Shown here: positions 1-14,100 of the stretch, piece by piece
Position numbering within the stretch: the first letter of the stretch is position 1
Layout: every line of letters starts with the position of its first letter
Source of the DNA: Ylistrum balloti
Lineage: Eukaryota
Assembly (NCBI RefSeq): GCF_031769215.1
Contig: NW_026782152.1
Span: 372,001 to 436,000 of the forward strand
DNA length: 64,000 nucleotides
Direction: 5' to 3'
The notes under the pieces: generated by a model
What the model was told of the DNA's origin: nothing
The model's input: the letters and a program-made list of their open reading frames with translations, nothing else
Database searches by the model: none
Position numbers and translations under genes: made by a program

Positions 1-720
1 TCTGACCAGGATCCCTGGTACTTACAGTCTAGATATCTGACCAGGATTTCTGATACTTACAGTCTAGATATCTGACCAGGATTTCTGATACTTACATTCT
101 GGATATCTGACCAGGATTTCTGGTATTTACAGTCTAGATATCTGACCAGAATACCTGGTACTTAGTCTTGATATCTGACCAAGATTCCTGGTACTTACAG
201 TCTAGATATCTGACCAGGATTTCTGGTACTTACAGTCTAGATATCTGACCAGGATTTCTGGTACTTACAGTCTAGATATCTGACCAGGATTTCTGGTACT
301 TACAGTCTAGATACCTGACCAAGGTTCCTGGTACTTACAGTCTAGATATCTGACCAGGATCCCTGGTACTTACAGTCTAGATATCTGACCAGGATTTCTG
401 ATACTTACAGTCTAGATATCTGACCAGGATCCCTGGTATTGACATTCTAGATATCTGACCAGGATTTCTGATACTTACAGTCTAGATATCTGACCAAGAT
501 TCCTGGTACTTACAGTCTAGATATCTAACCTGGATTTCTGGTACTTACAGTCTAGATATCTGACCAGGATTTCTGGTACTTACAGTCTAGATATCTGACC
601 AGGATTTCTGGTACTTACAGTCTTGATATCTGACCAAGATTCCTGGTACTTACAGTCCAGGTGTCTGACCAGGATTTCTGATACTTACAGTCTAGGTATC
701 CCTGGTATTGACATTCTAAA
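1..720. repeat. 35-bp minisatellite, about 20 copies, truncated by the window edge (kindlin intron 5)
   Basis: Unit TCTGACCAGGATTTCTGGTACTTACAGTCTAGATA. Confidence 0.97.
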
Positions 721-2028
721 GGTGGATCCTGGATCTCTTACACACACATTTAACCAGGAACTATTTGTATGTTTTCTTTTACCTTCTAGTGACTCGGAGA
801 ACTGGCAAATACGAGCTTTATTATTCTAAAATAACTGGAAACACCACTTATACAATCTCCATCACACACAAGAAACCAGAAATTACTGTTATGTACAATC
901 TCCATCACACACTAGAAACCAGAAATAACTGTTATGGTCTAAACATTTCAGATGTTCCTATACCACAGATATAACACCAGATGTTTCATTTCTTGTTTAT
1001 GATCTTACAAACAATCATACAGAGCTGTCACCAATGACAAAATTACACTGTATTTCACTTTACCATACATTTGTATAACTAACGATCTAAGCCTAGAACA
1101 TGGGACAGATTTTCGTAACATTTGTAACAGACCAATACCTGGAACTAAAAAGAGCACATCAAAAAATTGTTTCAAGAAATAATGAGTTCCTGATCATGGA
1201 AAATGTTCCAAAACACCAACATCTTCAGCTCATGGTTTTGATATTCATAATATACAAGCCCCAATGTAGACCAGTTGATAAACCTTATCTTGATAATATT
1301 CATATCAACCCCCAGGAACACTGATGCAGTAAAGTAACCTCACATATGGGCCCATACTTCAAACAGCAGGTGAAGCACCTGCAAAATGTATGTCAGTCGA
1401 CCAGTTGAAAGACATTAAGTGGGTATGAATGAAGATTTTTCAGCAGTAAAACATTTTATCTTGATTCAGTCATGTTGGGTTGATAGTAATCCATTTACTA
1501 TAGTCCATTCATACAAAACAGCCCTTAGTAAATTAGTGATCAGCTTGGATCTATTTCAGCAAGTGATTCACTGCTTCTGTTTGACCTTCATTGACCTCTA
1601 AGTGTGGCTGCTGTAGGATGACCTTCACTGACCCCTACCAACCTTATCTACTATACCTAACACATCTATAATGCTGTTTCCCTTTATAGAACACTTGAGG
1701 ATGATCTTGGATTTTCGTGTTTAGTTGACCTAGTGTCAGCATGGTAACTTGAGAACTCTGGAGGCCCAGACTTGAAGACAAATAATCATTTGTTCTACAA
1801 CAGTCTGCTCTGACCAGACACCAGTCAAAGCTAGCATGTAATTTTACTTCTTTGGTCAAATATCAAAGAAAAAATTAGTATTAGTAGTAATAAGAAAAGG
1901 TTTTTTTAGGTTTTCATACATGCTGTTAAGACATTAAAAAATTGAAAGATTGAAGAGTGATAGGAGCTGGACAGTCAGATATGTATGCGAATTCCTAAAG
2001 AAACCTATTCAATTTTTGTTGTACTTAC

Positions 2029-2131
2029 TTTTTGGTTTAAGTCATAAAATGAGAAGAACTTGTATTTTAGGAGGATGAAATCATTGTCCCGAATGCCTTG
2101 CTCCATCAGAGATTTAGAGGAATCCAGCCAT
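2029..2131 (-). CDS. FERMT2: Kindlin coding exon 5 (103 nt)
   Basis: Not in the ORF track. TTTTTTGTATCTTACAG acceptor; (L)[34 protein letters not shown]; donor AAA|GTAAGT; phase 2-0. Confidence 0.96.
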
Positions 2132-5100
2132 CTGTAAGATACAAAAAAGTTTCAATATTTTTTAATTATTCAATAGCAAGGTTTGCAACCAATCACTTGA
2201 TATCAAGGTCGTTAATAAATCATTAGACATCATGGTCAGCAATCACCTAGTCCTAAATATCGAGGTCAGCAATCACCCAGTCCTAAATATCGAGGTCAGC
2301 AATCAATCATAATTTCAAGGACGTCAATCACTCAATACAAAAGGTCAGCAATCAACCACTCTGTATCAAGGTCAGCAACCAATCACTTGTTAATAAGGTC
2401 AGCATTAATAACTCAATATCCAGATCACCAAATTTACATTACATAAGATATTCTGTACATGTATCTTGTATTTTTCAATTTGATTTAGAAATTCTTGTAT
2501 TTTTCAATTTGATTTAGAAATTGAAACTAGTTTAAGAAATTTGTAAAATCGATATATATGCACAAACCATAAATCAACAAACATTTTTTTCAGTAAATAT
2601 ATAACTATGAAATATGTTTACAAAGTTTGACAATTGGTTTCTATTAAGGGATGAGGACACAGTACAACGATGTTGTCATGAAGTCATATGGTAGCCAGCT
2701 GGCGAAGGACATTCCAGACAGTCTCCTCATTTCTACCTAATCCTGCCATGTTCCACTGTTGGACTCATTAGCTTATCAAACAAACTTAAACCTAAATACC
2801 CTGTAATACATATAATCAGCTCTGTCTACAGCTGGGTACAATCAGTTTGCAGCAGTAGACACACACTATCACCCATCTGGTAGACACACATCTATAGACA
2901 GGAGCCTCCCAATCTCTCCCACTCCACTTTCTACACTTCCAACTACATCTTATGCACATATTTCACTTTTTTATGTTCAGGAAAAACATCTGCATATTCT
3001 CATTAAAGTCTGGAATAATTACAGTGTAAATGACTCATTTTCACATGGGGATAGAGATTTTGCAGGAAAAAAGAAAGGGTAATAAAAATTGCTGTGAACA
3101 AAACATAAAAAATCCAGAAATATTTTTCCAAGTTTTTGCTATCAGCACCAGGATGCAATAGGGATGCTGTATATATCAACATGACTATCTTATCTAGAGC
3201 TACATCCTGACACATCGCGCCTCTACCCTACCTCTGGTTTTCTACATAAGTCCTACCCAACCCTGTAGTTTACATAACTAAAACTAGATACACAATCTTG
3301 CTTGAGTCAGCTTCTCCATCAACAGATAAACAGTGATGCGTCTAGTCACAAAATGAAAAATCATATGCATTAGGATATCAATGTAGAAGCATGACAAAAA
3401 CTATCAAAAATTCTTTGTACATTTTGAATATCATGTACTTTTTTTTAGGATACTGTTTTAGATCCAAAGTGTCTGAAAATGCATCCAGGCAGATTTCTGT
3501 ACTTGACTTGCTTGTTTTACAACAAATCAGTCCTCTAAATTTATCTTGTGATTTTTTTTTTTAATTTAACTACCTCCTTGTTTCTGTACTTTTTCAGAAC
3601 CAAATGGCTGCATTACCATAATTATAGTAAAGTATTACAAATTTTAATAAATGCAATAAAAAATTGCCTTCTTAATGTAACAGATGTTTGTACAATTAAT
3701 TTTGTGTAATACAATCTCACTGATATTCATCAGAATCTAAAATATCTGACAATGTGTTTCGTTGGTTATGGTTCTGATTTGTCATATCATCATGTAAATT
3801 TTATTTTAAATGGCAATGAAATGTCATTCAAATGTCCTCAGCTAGACTAAATGTACAGCAACTGTTGACTTGTTGTTATGTGTACCAGCAAAACATTATT
3901 TCCTGTATCCTGTTTAGAAACAATCTTGACCAACACCCTTCATTCTCTTCACTTAAATCTCACCAACACAAACTTCCTCTATTTAACTTCAAGTAACCAC
4001 AGACATCTTAATTTGTTATCAGTACAGAATACAGATACACCAAGTAATATAAAAGTTTAACAAACCCTTAATTATCTTAATACAAAAAATTAGGATCTAT
4101 TACATGTATTTAAAAAATGTTTTTTGAATTTGTATCATTAACACAAATTCCAGTTCATTTCATAGTTTTTTAAAATTAATTTTTTCAGGCATTTTCATCC
4201 TTAAGCACACAATTAACTACCAGTCAATCTTGTTTTTCAAACAAATTACCAATTCGATTATCTGAAACAGTGTTGATTACATCAAATATGTACTAAGTAC
4301 AGTTTTCAGAAGTAGCTGATTACTAGATACACAAAGTAATGGAGATAAAAATGTCACTGATGAATGTTCATTAACAGAAATAAGCCAATGTGTAACGCTG
4401 TTAGTGTGTTTAAAGTATGTAATAATTATATATAAAAAGAAAGTAAACTGACAGATTCTGTGGTACATAATGTGATTTAACTACACAGATTGGGGCCACT
4501 GATGTAGTGCCAAGTTTGTCTGTACTATAAAGACCAAAGTTCATTACTGGATAGTTATGCATAATTTACTACGGCCCTTTCTACATTTTTGGTGGATTTC
4601 ATCAGAGGAGGTACGGTACCATAGGATAATAACCATGCTTACATTATATCAGGGTATATTGCAATAGTGGCTACAATGAAGGATATCACAGTGTTACTAA
4701 TTAAGTACAGCATTTTGTACATGACAGAATAGTTATAGGTACCAAGGGTAACAAAGACAATCATTATCTACATCATTTGATGGCATATACACGAAAAGAA
4801 TTTTGATGATGTGTATTCCTTGGAATATAATCATACTTTGGCCTTCCAAACTTGTAAACTGAAATTGATATAGTATAGTGTCCTTAATCATGGCCAAGGT
4901 ATCGCAGAAAATACATAACAATTCCAGAACACTGATTATCATTGGTGTCTTTCCAACAATAGTGTCTTAGACCATTTATACTCCTGCTATTAAATCAAGA
5001 TACCTGAATACTTACAAGTAATTAATTCTAGCTTTTTCTACATAATTTTTTGGCTTGTAGAGGATAGGTTGAGCATCTCTGATCGTCACAGTCGGACTGT

Positions 5101-8100
5101 TGGCAAGGGCATTTTCCATACAGGTTTCAAATGACAGACTGTACATGGAGCCTGGTGACAGTGTCCCATTGGCATTGAAGGTGCTGTTGAACGTATTATA
5201 GGGTGACACAGAATTAGCACTGTAGGAGCTGACTCCTGGGGTCATTGTAGGTCCTAGAGTCAAGCCTGGGGTCCTACTTAGTGTATTCTGAAAATAAGAA
5301 TGTTCTAGTTTTAGTATAATCCATATATAAAACCAAGCTTACTCTAAAGGTCAAATTCATTATCACTTCAAGTTTTTTTTTACAACATACACTAGACAAA
5401 AAAAAAACTATTCTTTGTCATTTTTCTTTATCAAATAAATCCACTACATCATCTGAAACTTTTATAATAAAAAAAAAAGGAAACTGATATCATTCAGGTC
5501 AAACTCCAACCTTTGCTGGGGGGGATTATGTTAGTTAAAGGGGAGACTACTCTTGCCCAGGTTAGTGATTAATGCTAGGTAAGAGGGAGGTGCATCTCTT
5601 TGGAATGATAGAAGATAGAGAAACTTTCAAGAATAAAAAAAATTCAATGACAGTGAAATGACCTCGTGGCTGGTATTGTAGACTTTTGTAAAATCAGGAG
5701 AAGACTACCCTGTCCTGTTTTTTTTAACTTACATTTGTAAGGGGGAGACAACTATTTCTTAATAAACTTTTATCAGGTAAGGGGGAGGCAACTCTGTGTA
5801 TGTAGCCTTATAAACGATGAGGGAAAGACAATGCTTTGTTGCTAGACTTGTTTTAGACGATAACTCTGTCTTGATAGACATCCAATTTATTGTTGAGGAA
5901 TAGACAACTCTGCTGCGAGACTTATATTAGGTGAGAGCAGATACAACTAATTTTGTTAGCAAGGGGATGACCACCCCATATCATATATACTTACATTAGG
6001 TGAAGGTCCTGCTGGGCTTCTGCTGAAAGGGCTCAGTCTATCCAGACTACCTGATGATGAGTGATGAACAGTACCATTTCCATTAACACCCATCACTGTT
6101 TCATCCTTTGAGTCTTTCTTTTTCTTTTGGTTTAAATTTTCTTTTATACTTTTCTTGAGGTCATCCTTGTCCAAATATCTCATAATTGACAATTCTTCAG
6201 GATGCCGTATACCTTCAAGGATAAAATCATTATACCAATCAACAACATCTTCAAGAGTAAAAAACATATTACATTTAATCAATATGAACTTTCATTAAAA
6301 TCATGTGTTCTGTTTGGTCAAATAAGAGTGAAAATATCAAATTTTGTGATTTTCACTCAGTGAAAATGTCACATGTTTACAGAGATAAACACAGTAGAGT
6401 CACATATTTATGATTAACACCCTTTAAAGTCCCTCAAACATTTACATACAACACATTCTAAACAATAAAAATTTCTTTTTTTTATCTGAAGCTCTCTGAC
6501 TGTAGTTAACATGAGTTATGGATGAAGCATTTAATCCCCAGTTATGTAACGACACAAACAAAATATACAACGTCTGCCAGAGAAGAAAAAAAAAACACAG
6601 TAAGTTCAAAGCCAAGAAATTTTATTAAAACTGTTTTCAATAGACATATAAGCCATTTTGGTATAGACATCTGTTATGAGACCCTAGGGTAAATTTATTA
6701 GACCTTATCTGACAATTTGTGTCTGCCAGGGGCATGAATCCTTTTAAAACTCCATTGATTCGCCATTTGTGTAAACACTGAAGTTGATATTGGGAACAAC
6801 CTACAGCCACAGACCACTAGGAAGGATGCACACAAAATTAGACACCGTGCCAGAAACCAGCCATTTCAAGAAGATATTGTCTGTCTTTTATCTGCACATA
6901 CCGAACCATAAAAAAGACAGGGATCTATCATGTTAGTTACACACACTGCTGCACAATGCCTTAAGATCATGTATACTCACCCAGGAAAATCCATTCTGTT
7001 TCATCTCCTGGCAAATTTACTTTGCAAATATTTAAAATACCGCACCACCACCGAGTTGGTTTATCTACTTAAACCCAAGTTTAATGAATTAGCATGCCTT
7101 TGAGCAGAATCGTTCCTGACAGAGGATGTTTTTACTAGATGTTATAGAAAGAGTGTGTAAGTCATGACAACCATCTCTAGATCCGACGAAACGGAAAAAA
7201 AATACCTGTAGGCAAATATATAACAATAGGGGAATTTATCATTACTGTCCTGTAAACAACATCACTCTTAACTTTTTGTATGGGGGAATACCTATGTATG
7301 AATAATAAGTCAAAACGGGGGATCTAAGTCTCTTAATGTCAACTTTCCAGTCTTGACTGAATCTCGTCTACATGGTGGATTTGTTATAAACTCGACAGAA
7401 TTCTTTAAATGGAAACATGACAGTTTCTTGACTGCATGTATCAGTTGGTTATGTGGCAGCCATCAAAACATAGATGAGGTCAAACTGAAGAGGTAGCTAC
7501 ATGGTATGTAAATTAGATTACATCACAAACAATTAGGATGTTACATCAAAATGGTGACAAGATGTCAAGATGACATGTTTACTGTATACATGCATTAAGC
7601 CTATGAAGTAAACAGATTACTTCATCTCTCAAACCTGAGGATGGGTGGAATTATTACAGGACAATGAAACAGCCTTAGGTGTAATTTCAATCAAGAGCAA
7701 CATATATACCAGTCAGTATTAAGCAGGTGGGACTGATGACAGGCAAATACAGTAACACTGATGAAGATCCAAAAATCCTTGCTACAGTATCTAAGGACCC
7801 AGATCTGAGGTAAAATGAGTCTTCCAATCTAATACAGACACTATGGGACATCTTACACCACAATGGAGTTTATAAGACATTTTACACCAATACAGCAGTT
7901 ATGAGAATTCTAACATCATTCTGATCCTAATGCAATGAGAAGTCTAACACCATTCTAATACTGACCCTATGGGTAGTCTAACACCATTCTGATACTGATG
8001 CTATGAGTCTAACACCATTCTAATAGTGCTATGAGAAGTCTAACACCATTCACTGATCTATGAGAAGTCCAACAGTCTGAGAAGCACCATTCTAATACTG

Positions 8101-11100
8101 ACGCTATGAGAAGTCTAACACCATTCTAATACTGACACTATGGGAAGTCTAACACCATTCTAATACTGATGCTATGAGAAGTCTAACACCATTCTAATAC
8201 TGATGCTATGGGAAGTCTAACACCATTCTAATACAGACACTATGAGAAGTCTAACACCATTCTAATACTGACACTATGAGAAGTCTAACACCATTCTAAT
8301 ACTGATGCTATGAGAAGTCTAACACCATTCTAATACTGATGCTATGAGAAGTCTAACACCATTCTAATACTGATGCTATGAGAAGTCTAACACCATTCTA
8401 ATACTGATGTCTAACACCATTCTAATACTGACAGACACTATGAGAAGTCTAACACCATTCTAATACAGACACTATGAGAAGTCATTAACACCTATTCTAA
8501 CACCATTCTAATACTGATGCTATGGGAAGTCCAACACCATTCTAATACTGATGCTATGGGAAGTCTAACACCATTCTAATACAGACGCTATGAGAAGTCT
8601 AGCACCATTCTAATACAGACACTATGAGAAGTCTAACACCATTCTAATACTGATGCTATGGGAAGTCCAACACCATTCTAATACTGATGCTATGGGAAGT
8701 CTAACACCATTCTAATACAGACGCTATGAGAAGTCTAACACCATTCTAATACTGATGCTATGGGAAGTCTAACACCATTCTAATACTGATGCTATGAGAA
8801 GTCTAACACCATTCTAATACTGACGCTATGAGAAGTCTAACACCATTCTAATACAGACACTATGAGAAGTCTAACACCATTCTAATACTGACGCTATGAG
8901 AAGTCTAACACCATTCTAATACAGACACTATGAGAAGTCTAACACCATTCTAATACAGACACTATGAGAAGTCTAACACCATTCTAATACTGACACTATG
9001 AGAAGTCTAACACCATTCTAATACTGATGCTATGGGAAGTCCAACACCATTCTAATACTGATGCTATGGGAAGTCTAACACCATTCTAATACAGACACTA
9101 TGGGAAGTCTAACACCATTCTAATACTGATGCTATGGGAAGTCTAACACCATTCTAATACAGACACTATGAGAAGTCTAACACCATTCTAATACTGACAC
9201 TATGGGAAGTCTAACACCATTCTAATACTGACACTATGGGAAGTCTAACACCATTCTAATACTGATGCTATGAGAAGTCTAACACCATTCTAATACAGAC
9301 ACTATGGGAAGTCTAACACCATTCTAATACAGACACTATGGGAAGTCTAACACCATTCTAATACTGATGCTATGAGAAGTCTAACACCATTCTAATACTG
9401 ATGCTATGAGAAGTCTAACACCATTCTAATACTGATGCTATGGGAAGTCTAACATCAGTCTAACACCATTCTAATACTGATGCTATGAGAAGTCTAGCAC
9501 CATTCTAATACTGATGCTATGAGAAGTCTAACACCATTCTAATACTGATGCTATGGGAAGTCTAACACCATTCTAATACTGATGCTATGGGAAGTCCAAC
9601 ACCATTCTAATACTGATGCTATGGGAAGTCTAACACCATTCTAATACAGACACTATGAGAAGTCTAACACCATTCTAATACTGACACTATGAGAAGTCTA
9701 ACACCATTCTAATACTGAGGCTATGGGAAGTCTAGCACCATTCTAATACTGAGGCTATGGGAAGTCTAGCACCATTCTAATACTGATGCTATGGGAAGTC
9801 TAGCACCATTCTAATACTGATGCTATGGGAAGTCCAACACCATTCTAATACTGATGCTATGAGAAGTCTAACACCATTCTAATACTGATGCTATGGGAAG
9901 TCTAACACCATTCTAATACTGATGCAATGATAAGTCTAACACCATTCTAATACTGACCCTATGGGCAGTCTAACACCATTCTAATACTGATGCTATGAGA
10001 AGTCTAACACCATTCTAATACTGATGCTATGGGAAGTCTAACACCATTCTAATACTGATGCTATGGGAAGTCCAACACCATTCTAATACTGATGCTATGG
10101 GAAGTCTAACACCATTCTAATACAGACACTATGAGAAGTCTAACACCATTCTAATACTGACGCTATGAGAAGTCCAACACCATTCTAATACTGATGCTAT
10201 GGGAAGTCCAACACCATTCTAATACTGATGCTATGAGAAGTCTAACACCATTCTAATACTGAGGCTATGGGAAGTCTAGCACCATTCTAATACTGATGCT
10301 ATGGGAAGTCTAGCACCATTCTAATACTGATGCTATGGGAAGTCCAACACCATTCTAATACAGACACTATGAGACATCCTGCACCAATACAAAAGTCATG
10401 AGAAGTCTTACACAATTCTAGAACTATGTTAGATATAAATCATGCTAGTTTTATATTTCTATATTATAAAGAAAACTGACCACAATATCAGACATCTAAT
10501 ACGTAATTTTCATTGTCTTTCTGTAATCGTTTATAAAGTCCTTGGTTCTTAAATTTTTGTGTGACACATGAATTCACAATGACTTCAAACACAAATCATT
10601 ATTAAATAAATTGCAAATTGGAGCAATTTTAAAATAATGAAACAGAACTGACATTAAAACATTGTTTTCAATTCTGGTGATTGGTTTTAGGCCTCATTTC
10701 AACACCTATCATTTATCTTCATATGAGCTACAAGACCATGGCTTAGCGACTGGGAAGTACTTATGGGTAAATTCCTGAACTGGATTCCAGTACAATTTCT
10801 TTACTAGCAGGTGTAATGGAGATAGGATCGGGGACCTGGTATTAGTTAATAGAAGATTATATTTGTTTAGATTCCTTTACAATGTACCTCTTGGACCACC
10901 TTCCTAAATATAGTGGCTGGTTGAGACTAGTGTAGGTATGTATGTACTTAGGCAGGAAGAGAAGTGGTTGATGTATGTTGTGTTTGGGCCTGTTCCCCAT
11001 CCATCACCATCCTCCCTCACACTGGACAGACAGTGCCTGCTGCCCACAGCAACACCAGCTGTTTCTGATGTACCAGTTATACATATATCACCAGTCTTAA

Positions 11101-14100
11101 AAACTTTGTAAAGAATATAAACATCATCTTGACTTCCAATATGAGAATCCGCAAGGTTGCATCCTGTTTCTATGAGTGGAATTGCCAAAGCATTCTCACA
11201 TTAGTTTACCACTAAAATCAGAGTAAGGTCAAAGCAAACATTTATCCCCATGTTGTCTATCATGTATATACCCATCCTTTGTGTCCCTAATTCAAAGACA
11301 GAGTGCACCCCATTCAACATAATCTGTATTACATGTATACCATATTTATCCTCCATCAAACCTAAGGGAACCATCATATCATTTCTAACTCTGAGTGTGG
11401 ACAATGAAAATGATGCTGGGTAAATACTGTCAGGGTATATATGACCTCAGTCTCCTAAGAAGGTCACTGGTTTACAAACACCACACTTTCAGCAACCCCT
11501 ATAATGTTTATTGAAAAAGCATGAATACAGCATCGCTATACAGCAATCATTACCCTCCTGTATACCTAGCACATCCAACAATAATCAGAATATCCTTATT
11601 GCACTGTAACATCATTTTATCCAGACCTAACAAAAATTGCTTATACAACTCAATCCCTGAATCAGAAGCACTCCAGAGTCCAGTAATATCGTATCCCTAT
11701 TTTCACTATAAAATTTGACCTAAAGCATCGCTATCTCCTTTATAAACTAAACCTTAATTATCAAGCATTCTGCTCAATGTCAGCCAAAAGCATATACCTA
11801 CTTATTAGTCAAAGCAACCCTCAGCATCTCTAATTTATACAGATGTCCTTTTTAACACAATGAAAACCCTATAGACAAAACTGATTTTTATTGACAGGTC
11901 CATATCAATATGAATTCACAATATATATTATCCACAATAATGAAAATGATTTATAGCAATTCTCAAAATACATAGCAGCCTTTAGCATTATATGATACAG
12001 CTGGAAATCAATTACAGGAACGCCTCAAAACAAACTCTGTAATAAATCTGTTCTGTTTGATCTTTAGAATTACTTCACAGAAGAAATACAGAGCAGCTAG
12101 GAACAATTGCTTTGTATTAATTCTTTCCAGTTAGCGAGCTTTGGCCTGATTTTATTGTAGGTGACAGTCTGATATAATCGTACTGTGATATTGATGTAAT
12201 CAATAATATCATTTCCTGGAGAAATCAATTTCCCTTGTGAATACCAGTTAGATTTCTACCCATAAAGAAGAAATAATATGACAGGCTATTTTGATAACAG
12301 AACCAGAAGTTTAAAATTACAATCCACTGATACCTGGTATTAGTTACAAGTGATTGCCACAGGTGTCAGAGGTATAATTACCAATGATTCGCCATTGTTA
12401 GAAGTCATTGATTCCGTCCTGTCAGCAGCCTTAGAATTATACCTACAGTAAGACTGTGTTCCAAACCAATACACAACACAAACAGATGAAAAACAACCTC
12501 CTAAGCCAATTTCATACAGCTCAAATATAATAAAAACTGCATGCTTCATCAATATCAAACCAAGGACCTTTCATCAGCCATGCATTTACAGTCTGATGAA
12601 GGACATTAACACTTATTTTGTACTTTAAAGGCTGCTGTGTGGTCAATGCGAATGACCTATATTTCATATTCCTAATCCTATCTATGAAACAGGATGCAGA
12701 AAGCAACAACAACAATATATACCAGCACTAAACTTAAGTTCCAAATCTAACAGTTTATCCTCTCAAAGGTGCAAGGTGCATTTGAAGACTGAAACATGAT
12801 TAATATGAGGCATGGAAACCTTTTAAGTTCAGCTCACCTGAAACTCATTACTGTATCTAGCTGCTAGTTTACACAAGTCAAAATTTTAGCAATTTTCTTT
12901 TAGAACGACCAAATTATTTTAGTGAATTCAAACTTTGTGAGCTGGATGTACAAGGAGATCTTATTTATACATGGTTCATTATTTCATTGCCTAAATTTTC
13001 ACAATCAAGTAAATGTACCGAGAAATAGCAAAAATAAGTGGCTGTATGGAATTGAATCACATTTCCTTTCTACAACTGTATTCATACTGTCGTACAAAAT
13101 ATCAACTGGTGAATTAAAGGTGTAAATTAACAATCTGAATCATAAATAACATATTTAGGTCATGATAATTAGATGTATATATATATAATACTCGCAGCAT
13201 CACAACAAGAATGAATATGATCAATACACTCTGTATAGCACTGTATCTGGAACTCTAGGCTTCCAGGAAACCACTAGAAAGGATGTTCTGCAGTATTTCT
13301 ATTGAAGTTATTACATCTGTTTACATTGTTTGTAACATGGATTTTCCATTTACTTAATTACTCATTAAGTCTCCCATTAGAGCACACATATCCATGACAT
13401 TCTATCAAAGTCACAACCGGAAGGAAAATCTTTAAAACAGTAAAAATCTTTCTAAATAGATTTGTTTTTGTTGACTAGAATATTGCTGCCCGTAAGTACA
13501 TACAAAAGAGAATTGTCAAGAGCATTTACATTTACAGCTCAGCTAGACAGTGTGTGTTAAGGACCAGAGGACTCATGAGAGGCCAGGAACCAAACACATT
13601 ACAGGATGACAGGAGATCCACTACAGTTCTGCCCTATCTACACAAACACAAAAAGTGGACATTCTTGCTGTTCTAGCGCCATTCCCTCAAAAAAGGTGAT
13701 AATGCATCTAACGATAAAAGTGATGAGGCAACCACAGCAAGGTGTTATCTCCTGCGGTGCGGTTCATGCAGTGCTCTCACTGGTTCTAAATGTCACTGGC
13801 AGCTACAGTGAGAAATTCAGAATCCCGCTATTCTCTGACCCTTTAACAAGTGTTTAAGTAACTGATCATGAAGAAGTCATCAAAGTGGAGAGATAATTAT
13901 CCAAAATGGTGAAGATGATAAATCAAGTTGTCATATAGCTGGGATTCTTAACATTTACTTCCTTCAAAGAGTTTTTGCCCTTGTTGAATTCCAAATCTCA
14001 AAACTTAGAAATATCCTAATCTCTTCTGTTTACATAGCTACGGTTTTTTACTCATTAGACAATCTTACCTAATTCTTTACAAAGTAGTATGACTGCTGAG

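Noticed and set aside
6980-7006. In-frame 27-nt micro-exon candidate with GTGAGT donor in kindlin intron 2
   Set aside because: Weak acceptor, and it would split the conserved LGIRHPEEL motif.
10904-11188. Possible LINE endonuclease relic (TAGVAV...YIPT)
   Set aside because: Faint resemblance only; I could not find the GDFN or other catalytic motifs. Needs a translated search against repeat libraries.
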